A DNA stretch of 64,000 bases, taken from assembly GCF_022045235.1 (NCBI RefSeq), contig NW_027266275.1, forward strand, positions 81,592,001 to 81,656,000, in the 5' to 3' direction. Source of the DNA: Haliotis cracherodii. Its lineage: Eukaryota. Position 1 is the stretch's first letter. Each line of letters opens with the position of its first letter. The notes beneath the pieces are model-generated. The model had not been told where the DNA came from. It did not search any database and saw nothing but the letters and a program-made list of their open reading frames with translations. Shown here in pieces: positions 51,022 through 62,800 of the stretch. The translations under genes were made by a program, and so were the position numbers.

Positions 51022-53338
51022 GTACTTAAACACTCTCAGTACTGACCAGAGTCAGCACTACCGGTACATAGTCACCAGGCACAATCAGAGATACTTACAT
51101 AGAATGCAATACAAGGCTTCCTATGGAAACGAGCACTCTATTCTCAAAAGTTGACAGTGATGACATAGGATGGATCGAACCACCATTTGGACACATGTAT
51201 CAATCCACACATTTTCAATAATCAAATAAAATAGCATATGTGCCATTTTGTCGTCACCTTCAGCTTTTGGAAGAAGTGTGGCTCATGTTTAGGCTACACA
51301 GGTTTATCTTATTAGTTCATGGCAGAAGGAAGGGTTTTGGGTGATATCTAACCCCTAACATGACATGTTTGTGTAAGCATATGTTTATGGCCGTACATCA
51401 TACTCCCTACAACTTGAGGACATATCTTGACCGTTGAGTTCCTCATTTCTGTAGCATGGGCCAAGCTGTTTGCATGCCAGTCATGTTTTGTTCATGCATT
51501 GTCATTATATATTTCCGTATGATCAACTTTGCCTTTGTTCATTTCCTCATCTGCATCATTCTCATATCACTTAAAACATGACATACATATGTCGCAACAC
51601 AGAGATAAAATCATTTCTGCGCATGGAATTATTTTAGGTTTCTTTATTTTTGTATCTGCAAATTTGAGTACAAAAACGTTTGTGGTACATTCATGATTTT
51701 TTTTAGATTTTACTCTCTTTTTTATATTGTACTCATGCAGTATGTTACATACACACACATAGTTTTGTTAAAAACTATTACAGTTATAATCAGTTTGAAT
51801 ATAACAAATTACAGCTTGTTGTGCTGTAAAGATATTGGAGTGTATATATTGTTATTTGACATCTGTCCAAACAAAACTTGATGAAAGAGCAAATTCATGT
51901 ATTTAATGGATACAATATCTGAAGGAAAATATAGCCTGGCCATGGCGATCACATGTTTAACTCTATGATATGCCAACAAGACATGTAATCTAGACACAAA
52001 GCTGAAAACAAGCCAACACCATAATGGACATTTGTGAAGAATAGGAAAGGTGGTTTCATCATCGGCAGGTAATTTTAAATTTTGAATTCTACCAAACCCT
52101 TACCAAGTGCTTCAAGCCTTAACCGTCCAAGCCTAAGACCAACTGCACCTTGTACTACCCAGGAATCCCTCACCTAACTATGGGATGACATGGGGCTTTA
52201 CAAACCATACAACCTACCTTGCTGAACATACTGTTGCCATTAACTGTGTAACTATTACATAGGACTTGACATTGTCATCAAAGAGTCTGATCATTTTGCA
52301 TCAGGTCTTAAAACAGGATTTACCATTTCAATCACAGAGATTTTGTATTTGGTAAATATGTTTGATTTTGATTTGATTTTGATTTTTTTACAGAGATCAA
52401 TACTGAAAAGTGTTGATTTGAATTATAGATTTCTAGTTTGCTGTTAGCTTGAGCTTGTTAACGTTGTAATTTTGATAAATGTATATTTGTTGATAATAAG
52501 TGATGTTTTGACTAGCAAGCACAACTGTTGTTGAAATGCTTCAGAATAGGCTTTTGCTTGAGAAGATGGTAAAAGAGTAAATTAAACACTGCCTCACAAT
52601 AAGATTTGCTAGAACAAAGTTCACCAAAGTTTGCATGCTTTGTGTATTTACTAACACTGTACATGCCATGTATTAGAGTAGAAGCCTGTAATTTTTTGCT
52701 GTTGTCACATTTGCTGCGGAGCTGTTGTCACATTTGCTGCGGAGATGGTTTTCACGTCTTCCGACTCTGCTTGTTGTTGTTTACCATCTGAGAGGTTACG
52801 CTACATAAATATACATTACTACTTGCACGACAAATTTCCGGTAATAAACAATTTATTTAAGAGGCTTTTACTCACGACAACAGCAAAGCAATGCTTTACT
52901 ACCTATACTTATATACTAAACCATTGAAATGAGGGATAGATTGAGTTTGACGCACTAACCAAGCTCATACCTGACCTGTATAATTGCCATGTACATGCTT
53001 TGCCTTGGTGATGGGACAATCCTCCTCAGGACCCAGCAATCCCCACCAATTCTCCCCCTTCCCAGTCTGTCCTCAGCACCCCAATAAACCAGGTGCCTGG
53101 TTCCCTCGGGTTTCCTCAGTTTCCCGCGGGTGTCTTTCAGCAGGGTTTGCGGTAGTTTGCTAACAGTGTGGTTTGTGCTGTAGTATTGGAATGACTCCCT
53201 GTAATGTATTGGACCTAGTGTAGACACTAGGAGTCTTCACTGTGTGTTGGCCAGCACGTGTGCAGTCGGCAGCTGCCATTGTTTGCGGTTTAGTCTAGTT
53301 ACTTGTTCTCACAATGCCCCACTTTCTCTGATTTCCAG

Positions 53339-54322
53339 TTTTCGATCAAGTTTTCGATCCTAGTCTGTCATCACAAGACACTATGTATGAGGAGGTTCTT
53401 CCTGATGGAACTAAGGTTAAGCATCGCAAGATCCATCACCAAGGTAAGAGTGTTGGAGCACGTGTGATGGAACTTGTGGAGTCTGAGGGACCTGCTCATG
53501 ACAGGGAAGAGGTACAGGAGTATGAGGAGGTCCTGCCAGATGGCACAGTACACCACACACATACGGTCAGAAAGCAATCTTTGAAGCATGTGACAAGGAC
53601 CCTGTCCGTAGACGAGGAGGAAAAGTCTCTTTACGATCGGGAAGTGGTTATTCCTGGTTCAAAAAGAGAAAACATGCTTGAGACTTTCGTTGCTCCTCCC
53701 ACATGTGTGACCGAGGAAGAGGAAGTTGAGCATGTGCTGCCTGATGGGAAGACGGTTAAGAGGCATGTCATAATGAACAGAATGGTGCACCACATCAAGA
53801 CCCATCAGCAGTCTTTTGATGAGGACTCGGGCACACTGGAGGAGGAAGACTATGAGATTGAAGAGGTTATCCCTGGGACCGTATCAGCTTTCATTGCTGG
53901 ACAAGATTCGGAGTCAGATGACGATGAACTGTCTGGCCAGATGATTGCCAACATGGCAGAATTTCAGGAGATCCTGGATGATGGGACGGTCGTTACAAAC
54001 AAACTCCTCATCAGTGAAGAAAAACGGACAGTCAGATCTAGGTCTGGGTCAATTGATGAGTCTGAGGAGTCTCGCAGAGTGGAAGAAGTTGCAGTGACGC
54101 CAAGTCCACATCCAGGTTCCTTTGTACAAGGAGAAGCCATACCTTACGATACCACAGGTCACGTGCCTGTCCAGACGAGAGAGAGAGTTGCCCATTTTGA
54201 GGAGTTTCGTCATGGTGGCATTGTAGAGGACACCCTGGAACTGAGGGAGGACTCGGAGAGGAAGGGAATTCTCCAGCAGAGGACTGTCCTGGATGATACT
54301 CCAGACAGCTTCGGGACACCAG
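53339..54322 (+). CDS. ANK2: Ankyrin large cassette exon (984 nt) with repeated EEVLPDGT motifs
   Basis: tctctgatttccAG acceptor, CAG|GTAATA donor. Phase 1-1, same frame as the 324-aa ORF at 53383. Confidence 0.87.
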
Positions 54323-56249
54323 GTAATACAGAGGTGCTGTGGAGCTCAGGGTCATAGGTACAGGGTAGATGGTAGCATTTCAGTTTGCTGTGGCCAGATG
54401 AAGCTGGTTGTCTGTTCCTTGTAGAGATTCAGCTTGAGAATGACATTTGCTTAGTTTTCACTTGCTTCAGAGTGATTCATCAATCAGGTATGGCTAGATT
54501 GGATGTGAAGATATGATTGTTGTATCTTAATGGCTGTGTTGGCTTTTGTTCCTAAAGTTCTTTGAGAACAGATCTGCGTCCTTGTGATGAAAAATATTCT
54601 GCTTATTATGAGGGCTTAAAATGGTTGGTGGCTCCTAGGGACATGTATCATGATATATCGCTGCTTAGTGGTGCTTCAGCGATTATCCATTGTCTTGTGA
54701 CAGAGTAACATTGACCTGTATGGCTTTGCAGTAGGATGTCTTCTATGGTTGTAGATGAGTTCAGATTATTATCCAGTATACAGTGAACACTATAGTGTCA
54801 AGCTATAGCACTGCATGTTGATTGTTGTAAACTGTTGTGAGGTTTGTGGGGAGACTACTTATCAACTAACACATTTGGTAAGGGTTGTATATAATGGTAT
54901 ATATCCTTGATGACAGGTATTATCAACTATGCTATATAGGACGAAGTAGGACATCTTTGATGTAAATTGTAAGTGTCAAAGTGATTATGATTTGATGTCA
55001 ACAAGTGTAGGTTTCTGAGGCTCACATTTGAAATATTAGCACACCTTTAAGAGACACAACACCATACACAATTATTGAAGACACTAGGGTTGAACATGAT
55101 AACAAATTTGCTGAAGAAATAGCATAATAAGTCAAAATTAGGGTATTTTGAAGATGAACATGTGCATGACGAGTTCTTGTGTTTAGTTGAATCTTCAATT
55201 TCACTCAACAGCTTCCATAGTAAGGTCTAGCATTCAATGCAGAGTGTTGTTTCTTGTTGGGTTTAGAGTGCCGTGAGTTGACTGACAGTGGCTTGGCTAA
55301 GCGGCAAGTTAAGAAGGTAACATGGCAACCAGACCATGTTGAGGTTGAAGGTGGGCAGAGCTTGTTTTCTGTGCATCTTGCGTGTGAAATGGCATGACCA
55401 TGCCAATATCCTAACAACTTGTTCAGTACCCATGAGAAGCAATTTCCTAACAACAGTTTATTGTTTGGTTCAAATGATACCACCAACTGACTCATTTTGT
55501 TGAACTTAACATGGCCGGAGTGATAGTCTTTGTGATATTTTCTTGGGCTAGAACAGTGTTTGAACAGATGGAGTGTATATGTATTTAGTTACAGCCATTC
55601 TATTGTCATGAGTTACGTAGAAGCATGGTAACATAGACTCACCTCTAACGAGTTCTGAGGGAAGCAGTTTCTCCTCAGGAAGATTTCCACCTTTGATTAA
55701 ATAGGGTTTACATGCTTATGATAGTTAATATAATGCCTCAGATTTACAGTCATTGAAAAAGCAACATAAACATTAGATTCGTTGTTTTTCAGTAATATTC
55801 ATAAAATATCAATAAAATGAACAATAAATTAGATAATAATACATGTAAAGACAACATCACACAAATACAAAGCACAACTGACTCCGACTTTCTTTGCTTG
55901 TGTCAAACATTAAGTTGTGATATGTTGAGTTTTTAAGACATTCTTTGCATGTGCTTGTCAGTATACTTGAAGAGGCATTAATTGTATATGTGTCTCTCTT
56001 CGTGTTTTTCCTCTTTATCTTGTGTGTGTTTAGCTTTAGATAGCCTTCTACCATTTGTCCCTAACCCCCATGAGTAATCCATAACATGTTCAGTTTACTA
56101 TCATAGACCAAAAACAGATTTAGAAAAATTGCAATTTTCAAAAATTTTGCCTGACGTTTGTTGCATCCCAGGGGAGTTGCCTTCGTCAGTAGATACGAAT
56201 TAAAAGACCGAGGGATTATCACCCTCCTTTGGTATTTTTGTTGTTTCAG

Positions 56250-56372
56250 CGAGTTTCGAGAATGGTGCGCCAGACACACCTGTCATTACCATTACGGAAG
56301 ATCTCAGCACCCCCCCTGATGAAGATGATTATATATCTTGCTACGGAATCGTACAAGAATCTGATTCGAAAG
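56250..56372 (+). CDS. ANK2: Ankyrin tail cassette exon (123 nt)
   Basis: tttttgttgtttcAG ... AAG|GTTAGC; ASFENGAPDTPVITITEDLSTPPDEDDYISCYGIVQESDSK. Phase 1-1. Confidence 0.8.
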
Positions 56373-58266
56373 GTTAGCGGAGACCCTACACCCTTGAGGA
56401 TGTGGATCTCAGTACTTTTGACTGTTTCAGAAATATGCAGCCTTTCTTTTAACTTTATCTGTTACAGAACTTTCTTTAACGATTTGGTTATGGGTAGTTT
56501 GATTTCCACTGTCTAGCACATTATCTTGTTTTGGGATTGGGTTATGTTTATGGGTATTATTTCGTAACTAACCAGCACTTCTTCAATGAGCACAGTCTTT
56601 TGTCCAATGGATTTGTATTGGGATAAATTGAGGAATTTTTTTTCTGCTAATTTTCTCAGCTTTCACAGTTAATGATTTCAACTCTTTGTGAATTTTATTG
56701 CAGGACACAAATTTCACACTTTCCTTACATTAAAGCCTCTTATTTTTCCTGCCAAATTTTTAGTTTTTAATTTTTTAACTAACATTTTAATTATGTATTG
56801 AAACTAACATTCTTTTTCTGAAGCAGTCAAAAGTTGTCAAAATGTCTGTATCTAATCAAAGCAAAAAGAAGCATTCAATTTTGCGAAAGAACTGCAAAAT
56901 AACTGTGTAGTCGAATGGGTGTATGGCACAGAACTCTCAGTGAATCTACCAATATGCATCCCCCAGGGGTGGTCTTGCAACATTTAGCTTACAGCTACTG
57001 CTTTTGCTGTCCTACATATATACCAGATTTTTCATGACCTGGTTCACATGGCAGTATTGTGTATTAAAGTGTCAAATTAGAAATTTGTGTGTATGAGAAG
57101 GTAACAATACAGTCGTAGCTAACATAGTATCATCATCAGTATGAATTATTAATTAACATTTTGAAAGGAGATTATTCAGGACCTCTTATAAAAACTCTTT
57201 TTGCTCTTCAGTATTTAAAATAATTCATGACGTAACCAATGCCAGCAAGATTTTTTGAAGATCTGATGCAACTGATGTTGTGAACCAGGGAAGAGTGTTG
57301 TTTAGCAGCAACCCTTACTTGCCGACTATTGCTGTGTAGATTTGAATTTTACAGTTTCATGCTTTTGTGTGGCATTATGCAGAATGCACATGTAAATGCT
57401 GATGGTTGTATATTGCATGCCAGTCAATCCAAGATTGCAATGGCTGCTTCTAAATTCTACTCCTGAATCAGGATGCATACTTTGACCACTACTACACCAT
57501 GACGGTTCTGATCTGGAACCAGAATGGCACAGAGGTATCAGAACTAGTTTCAGTGTGGAGCATCTGGATTGCATGGGACGGGGCTGCAAGAAATGTATTG
57601 CCATCTGTGTTGGACATTTTTGTTTATTGCTATTTTGAAATTTCGCTTTTTTATTCTTGTCTTTTACTTGAATGGTAGAATGCAGGTTCTACTGAATCGT
57701 GTGAAAACAATAGTGAATTAGGCAGATGTACACCCACTTCATTCTATGTCTGGAACATGTCGGCTGAATATGCACTCACAGACTACAGAGGCAATGTCCG
57801 GGAAATATTTGATTTGAGTAGCTAATCGCAAGATGTATCTCAATGGACTGCCATTACATAGCTGCCAATTGTTTAAAGTTTAGAGTTTAAAACAACAAAG
57901 TCTGCATCAGGAGCATAAGTTTAGACATTCTGCATACCTTTCCATTGAATAAAGGTATTACTAGGTGATATGTAATAATACTGTTGTACACTACACACAG
58001 TATTGTTTTAACAAACACTAATTTTGTCTCTTAAAATGAGGTAAACTTGTGTGCCAAAACATTTCAAACTTTTGGTAGCTATGTAATATTGTAAGATTGT
58101 CCAATAATTTTAATCTCAATATCTTATTGACATAATATAAAAACACTCTTTTCAAAATTGACAATTTCTTCAAAGAAAAAATTAAACCAATTTTAGGCCC
58201 CTGCCATTGCCTCGTCTTTTAGAATGCCTATGCATCTATCTAACATTTGAACATCTCTCAACCTAG

Positions 58267-58311
58267 GTGTGGAGGCGGCTCCCAGTGAGGAACCAAAGGC
58301 CCAAACAGAAG
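58267..58311 (+). CDS. ANK2: Ankyrin tail cassette exon (45 nt)
   Basis: CTAAC branch-like motif at 58240, acctAG acceptor, AAG|GTACCA donor; GVEAAPSEEPKAQTE. Phase 1-1; TGCATG at 58320. Confidence 0.75.
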
Positions 58312-59834
58312 GTACCATCTGCATGTTGTCAACACCTCAGTATGGTCTTGTTCTTTTCAGTATCCATTTATTTTGTACCCATGTTCAATGTAATCTGTAG
58401 AATAATCATACATTGTGGTTTTGCCTTCGTTTCAGGACCGTGGTCTTCCTTCATGTGTCGTGCACCCGTTATAGCACTGGTCACAGTCGTGGCCTTTAGT
58501 TGTCTGAAAAATGTTTCAGTAACTTTCAGTTGAAAAATGTCACAAATTTCATTAATCTAGTTTTCATGCATGGCCTGCTGGTCATATGAATTCAGAAATT
58601 GGAGGTAAGATCACCTGGGTGACTATTTCTCTTGAAAGGTCCTTGTGAACAGTTAGACAGTTTTAAAGATTATCCTTCTCCATGCAGTTCTAATGATTAA
58701 AAAATATCAATACGTTTCGTCTTAAAACTGTTAAAATTTTATCTAACACGTTTGAAAGATTTGAAAGATAAGGGACAGAGCCACACATAGTTTGCCTATT
58801 GTGCAATTGTTAATAGTTTTGATAGAATCCTGGTTTAGACCCCTGACATAGTTTGTGTTAGAACCAGTTCATCCTTTGGAAGCCAATTTACAACATTTAT
58901 AATCCTGTATTTTAATCCTGTTTAGCCATATTGTTTATCACCAAATGTGGTAATACATTACAGGAATGCCCAAGGCTTTCCTTATGTCACTGAACCAAAA
59001 CACAAATAGAACCATAGGTATACAGGTAGATGATGTCAACTTGTCTGTAAATGTTGCAAACTTTCAAAGAAAACCAGTCAAGATTTATGGGTATGGAAGA
59101 GAATAATGATGAACATGGCGGGTTGTTTGCTAAGATCCCCAGTATTTCAACTACAGCAGCAATGAGATTCAGACATTTTACCAATGATGAAGATCAAATC
59201 TAGGAAACGTTATGTTATTCCACCAATGAATTAAGTGGATTATTTCTCAGTTCTGATAAATTAATGTCATCACAATTGATTTTATCATCAAATATCCAAT
59301 AAATACCATAAAAGCATTTGAATTCTAAATGTGCTGCTTTTCAGAAGTACATAACTTGAACTGTGGACTGTTGAAATGGTTATGTCAGAATACTGTATAT
59401 AAAACAGTGCGATATTTTAGTTACGTTTGTGAATGATTGCAGCATTTTACTGGCAAAAGACTCTTAAAGTAAGATGGAAAATAAAAAGCCCAGAGAAAGC
59501 ATTAATTACTGCCCAGTTGAGATGTTTATATTCATATGACCAGTTAGACAACAGTACATCGTTGTTTTAGATTTCACTACAGATGACGCAATGTGTATCA
59601 GTAGATTCATTGTGAGTCAAGTCGTTACCAGTGTGTATTTAGTAAGACTTGTCCTGCAGATTTAAGTTTTTTCTTTTTCTGTCTCACTCTGTCATCTTTT
59701 ATAATAAGGAGTATATACTTGGATTATTTAGCGAAATTAATGTCCTGTCAGACAGCGATAGGTTCACTAACAATCCCATCCTCTGCTTCTTTTAATGCCT
59801 CCTTCCCTTGGATTGGCTATGGGATTGTGCGCAG

Positions 59835-62800
59835 CAGGTAAAGAGGTTTCAGAGAGCAAATATCAAGAGGAAGTAAGTGAGATTGTAACCAGGGAAACCT
59901 CAGAAACCGTTGCGTCTGCCGTCCATGTACACACAACAGAGGAAAGGATAGAAACTGTCAAAACAGAACATGTGTCTGAAACATATGAGGAGAAGGAGGA
60001 CCTTGGTGATACAGAGATCATTTCAAAGGAAAAGATTATTGTAACAGAAACTGAAAGGATTGTTGATGATGAAGTTTCAGAACCCGATGAAACTGAGGAG
60101 GGCAGAGCCGAAACTCCGACCAAGACCATTGAAGATGAGACATTTCCAACTCAAAAAACACCTGATGAACAGGAAGATATTCCTGATGAATGTATATCAG
60201 AAACCAAAGAGGATTCATTTGAATTCCAAAGGGACCAGAAAACTGTTTATGACTCTGAAGAACATATTTTGTCAGAGGAAACAACCAAAGAGATTTACAC
60301 TGAGGACCACAAAGAAGTTTTTGTGTCTGTTCAAAGGGACCATGTTGTTACTGAACAAGAGGAAGTGCATGAGGTGGTGGAGGAGAGGGAAGTGATAGTA
60401 CAAGATGAAGAAGAGCCTGTAAAGGAGGAGGTTGAACAAGAACTTTTGGAGGGAGTTGAAGGGGCAGAGAGAGGGCAGGAAGTAGATGATGCCACAGAAC
60501 TGTCTGAGCCTGTGAAACCAGAGGAGTATGTGGAGGAATTTGCACCAGCAGTGGAGCAAATTGAGGAGAGAGAGGAGGAGGTTGTCAAGGATATTGCACA
60601 ACAGGAACCTGAAAGGGTAACTATTGCTCAGGTTGTTAGTTTCGATGAGCAAGAGGACACATTCCACGAGGCAGAGGTTGAAGATGAGACAGTTTCAAAA
60701 GAACACGTTGTAGAGCAGATTGAGCAAGTAGACTTCAAAGATACCTTTGTAGAATCAGAAATTTCCAAAGATGAACAAGTTGTAGAGCAGATTGAGCAAG
60801 AAGAGTTCAAAGATACCTTTGTCGAATCAGAAATTACTGTTACTGATAAAGAGCCAGCTGAAGAACAGCTAGATATCAAGGAAATTGACAAGGTAGAGAC
60901 TGACATGGTCACAGCTGAGAAAGATGAATATGCTGAAAGTCAAGAAATTGAAGAATTCCAACAAGCTGAAGCTGAATTGGTTATCAAAGTTGAAGAACAA
61001 GAGAAACAAGTATTGGTAGAATATGATGAACAGGTAAAAGCTGAGAAAGTTGAGGAACAAGCTGAAGATAATGAAGAATTTGAACAAGCTGAAACTGAAT
61101 TGGTTAAAGAACAAACTGAAAGTCAAGACATTGAACAGGAAGTGTTGAAAGAAGTGGAGGAAACACATGTCCAGGAAGGGCAGGTTCAGTTTGAGGAATC
61201 TCAGCAGCAAGCTGCAACTGAAGTAGTCACTGAAGAAGTTTATGAACAAGTCGAGGACCATGTCCAGGAAACCTCGGAAAAGGTTCTGGAAGTAGAGATT
61301 GTGTCTGAAGATAGGGAAGAACCGAAAATGGCATCTGAGCAAGAGCTTGAGGAAATCTTTGAACAGGCAGTGGAAGAAGATGTCACATCTGAGCAACTAC
61401 AAGGACAGGAAGAGACTCAGCAGGAAGAGGCAACATTCCAAGGGACAGTAACAGAAACTGTATTAGCCGAGAAAATCTGTGAAGATACAGTTGATGTGAC
61501 AGAAACTGTTATAGACAAAGAAACTGAATTTGTTACTGTTGAAAAGGTTGAAGAAACAGTTACTGAGGAAGCTACCATTACTGAAACTGACAGATCAGAG
61601 GTGCAACTTGAGCAGGAGGCAGTTAAGAGTATTGAAAAGGAGGAGGAGATTTTACCAGAAACATCTGCAGTGGATGAGATTGAGGATACAATTGTTGAAC
61701 AAGCTCCCGACGAAACCGAGATTCTGAAAGAAGAGAAAATGGTTGAAGAACAACTTGAACAGCATGTAATTGAGCCAGTGTCATCAGAACGAGTAGTGGA
61801 AAGTGAAGTTTTGGATGTAAAGGATGATGTTGATGCTGTTATTGTCAAACAGGAGGAAAGTGAATCAGAAACGGAAGAAGCTGAGGCACCATCTGATACC
61901 CCGGAACTAATATTTGTGGACAAAGCGACCGAGGAGGTCGAGGTAGTAGAACAAGAAATGATACATGAATCTGACATGGAACCCGCTCATGTAACTATCG
62001 AATCCACTGAAGAAGTAACAACCCATTTAGTTGAGACTGAACAAGTTGATGAACAGGATGCCAAGATAACATCTGTTGAGCAGGAAGCCTCCAGAGAGAT
62101 AGTAGAGGAGACATTTGAAGTGGCAGTAGTAGAAACTGTTGATCAGGGAGTTTATGAAATACCAGAATCTTTCCCTAAAACTGATGAACGTGAAGCACCT
62201 ACAGTTGGAGCTGAAGAAACATTTGAGGAGGCAATGGCAGAAACCTTCACTTCTGAAAGACCAGAGGAAGAAATAACAAAGTTGGTAGAAGAAGAGAATG
62301 TTGAGACAATTACTTCTGTTGAACAACCAGAAGCCCACGAAGAAGTAGTTGAGGAGTTTGAGCTAGAAGCTGTTGTTACTGAAACAGTTGAGGAAGAAGT
62401 ACCGGAATCTTTCATGGATACAGTAGAACAAGAGAAGGCAGAGAGCATTGTTTCTGTTGAACAAGAACATCCAAGAGAAGCTATTGAGGAAACATTCGAA
62501 GAACCGGAAGCATACAAAGAAGTAGTTGAGGATGTTGAGCCAGAAGCTGTTGTTACTGAAACAGTTGAGGAAGAAGTACCAGAATCTTTCATGGATACAG
62601 TTGAACAAGAGAAGGCAGAGAGCATTGTTTCTGTTGAACATGAACGTCCACGAGAAGCTGTTGAGGAAACATTCGAAGAACCGGAAGCATACAAAGAAGT
62701 AGTTGAGGATGTTGAGCCAGAAGCTGTTGTTGCTGAATCAGTTGAGGAAGAAGCACCCGAATCTTTCATGGATACAGTAGAACCAAAGAAGGCAGAGAGC

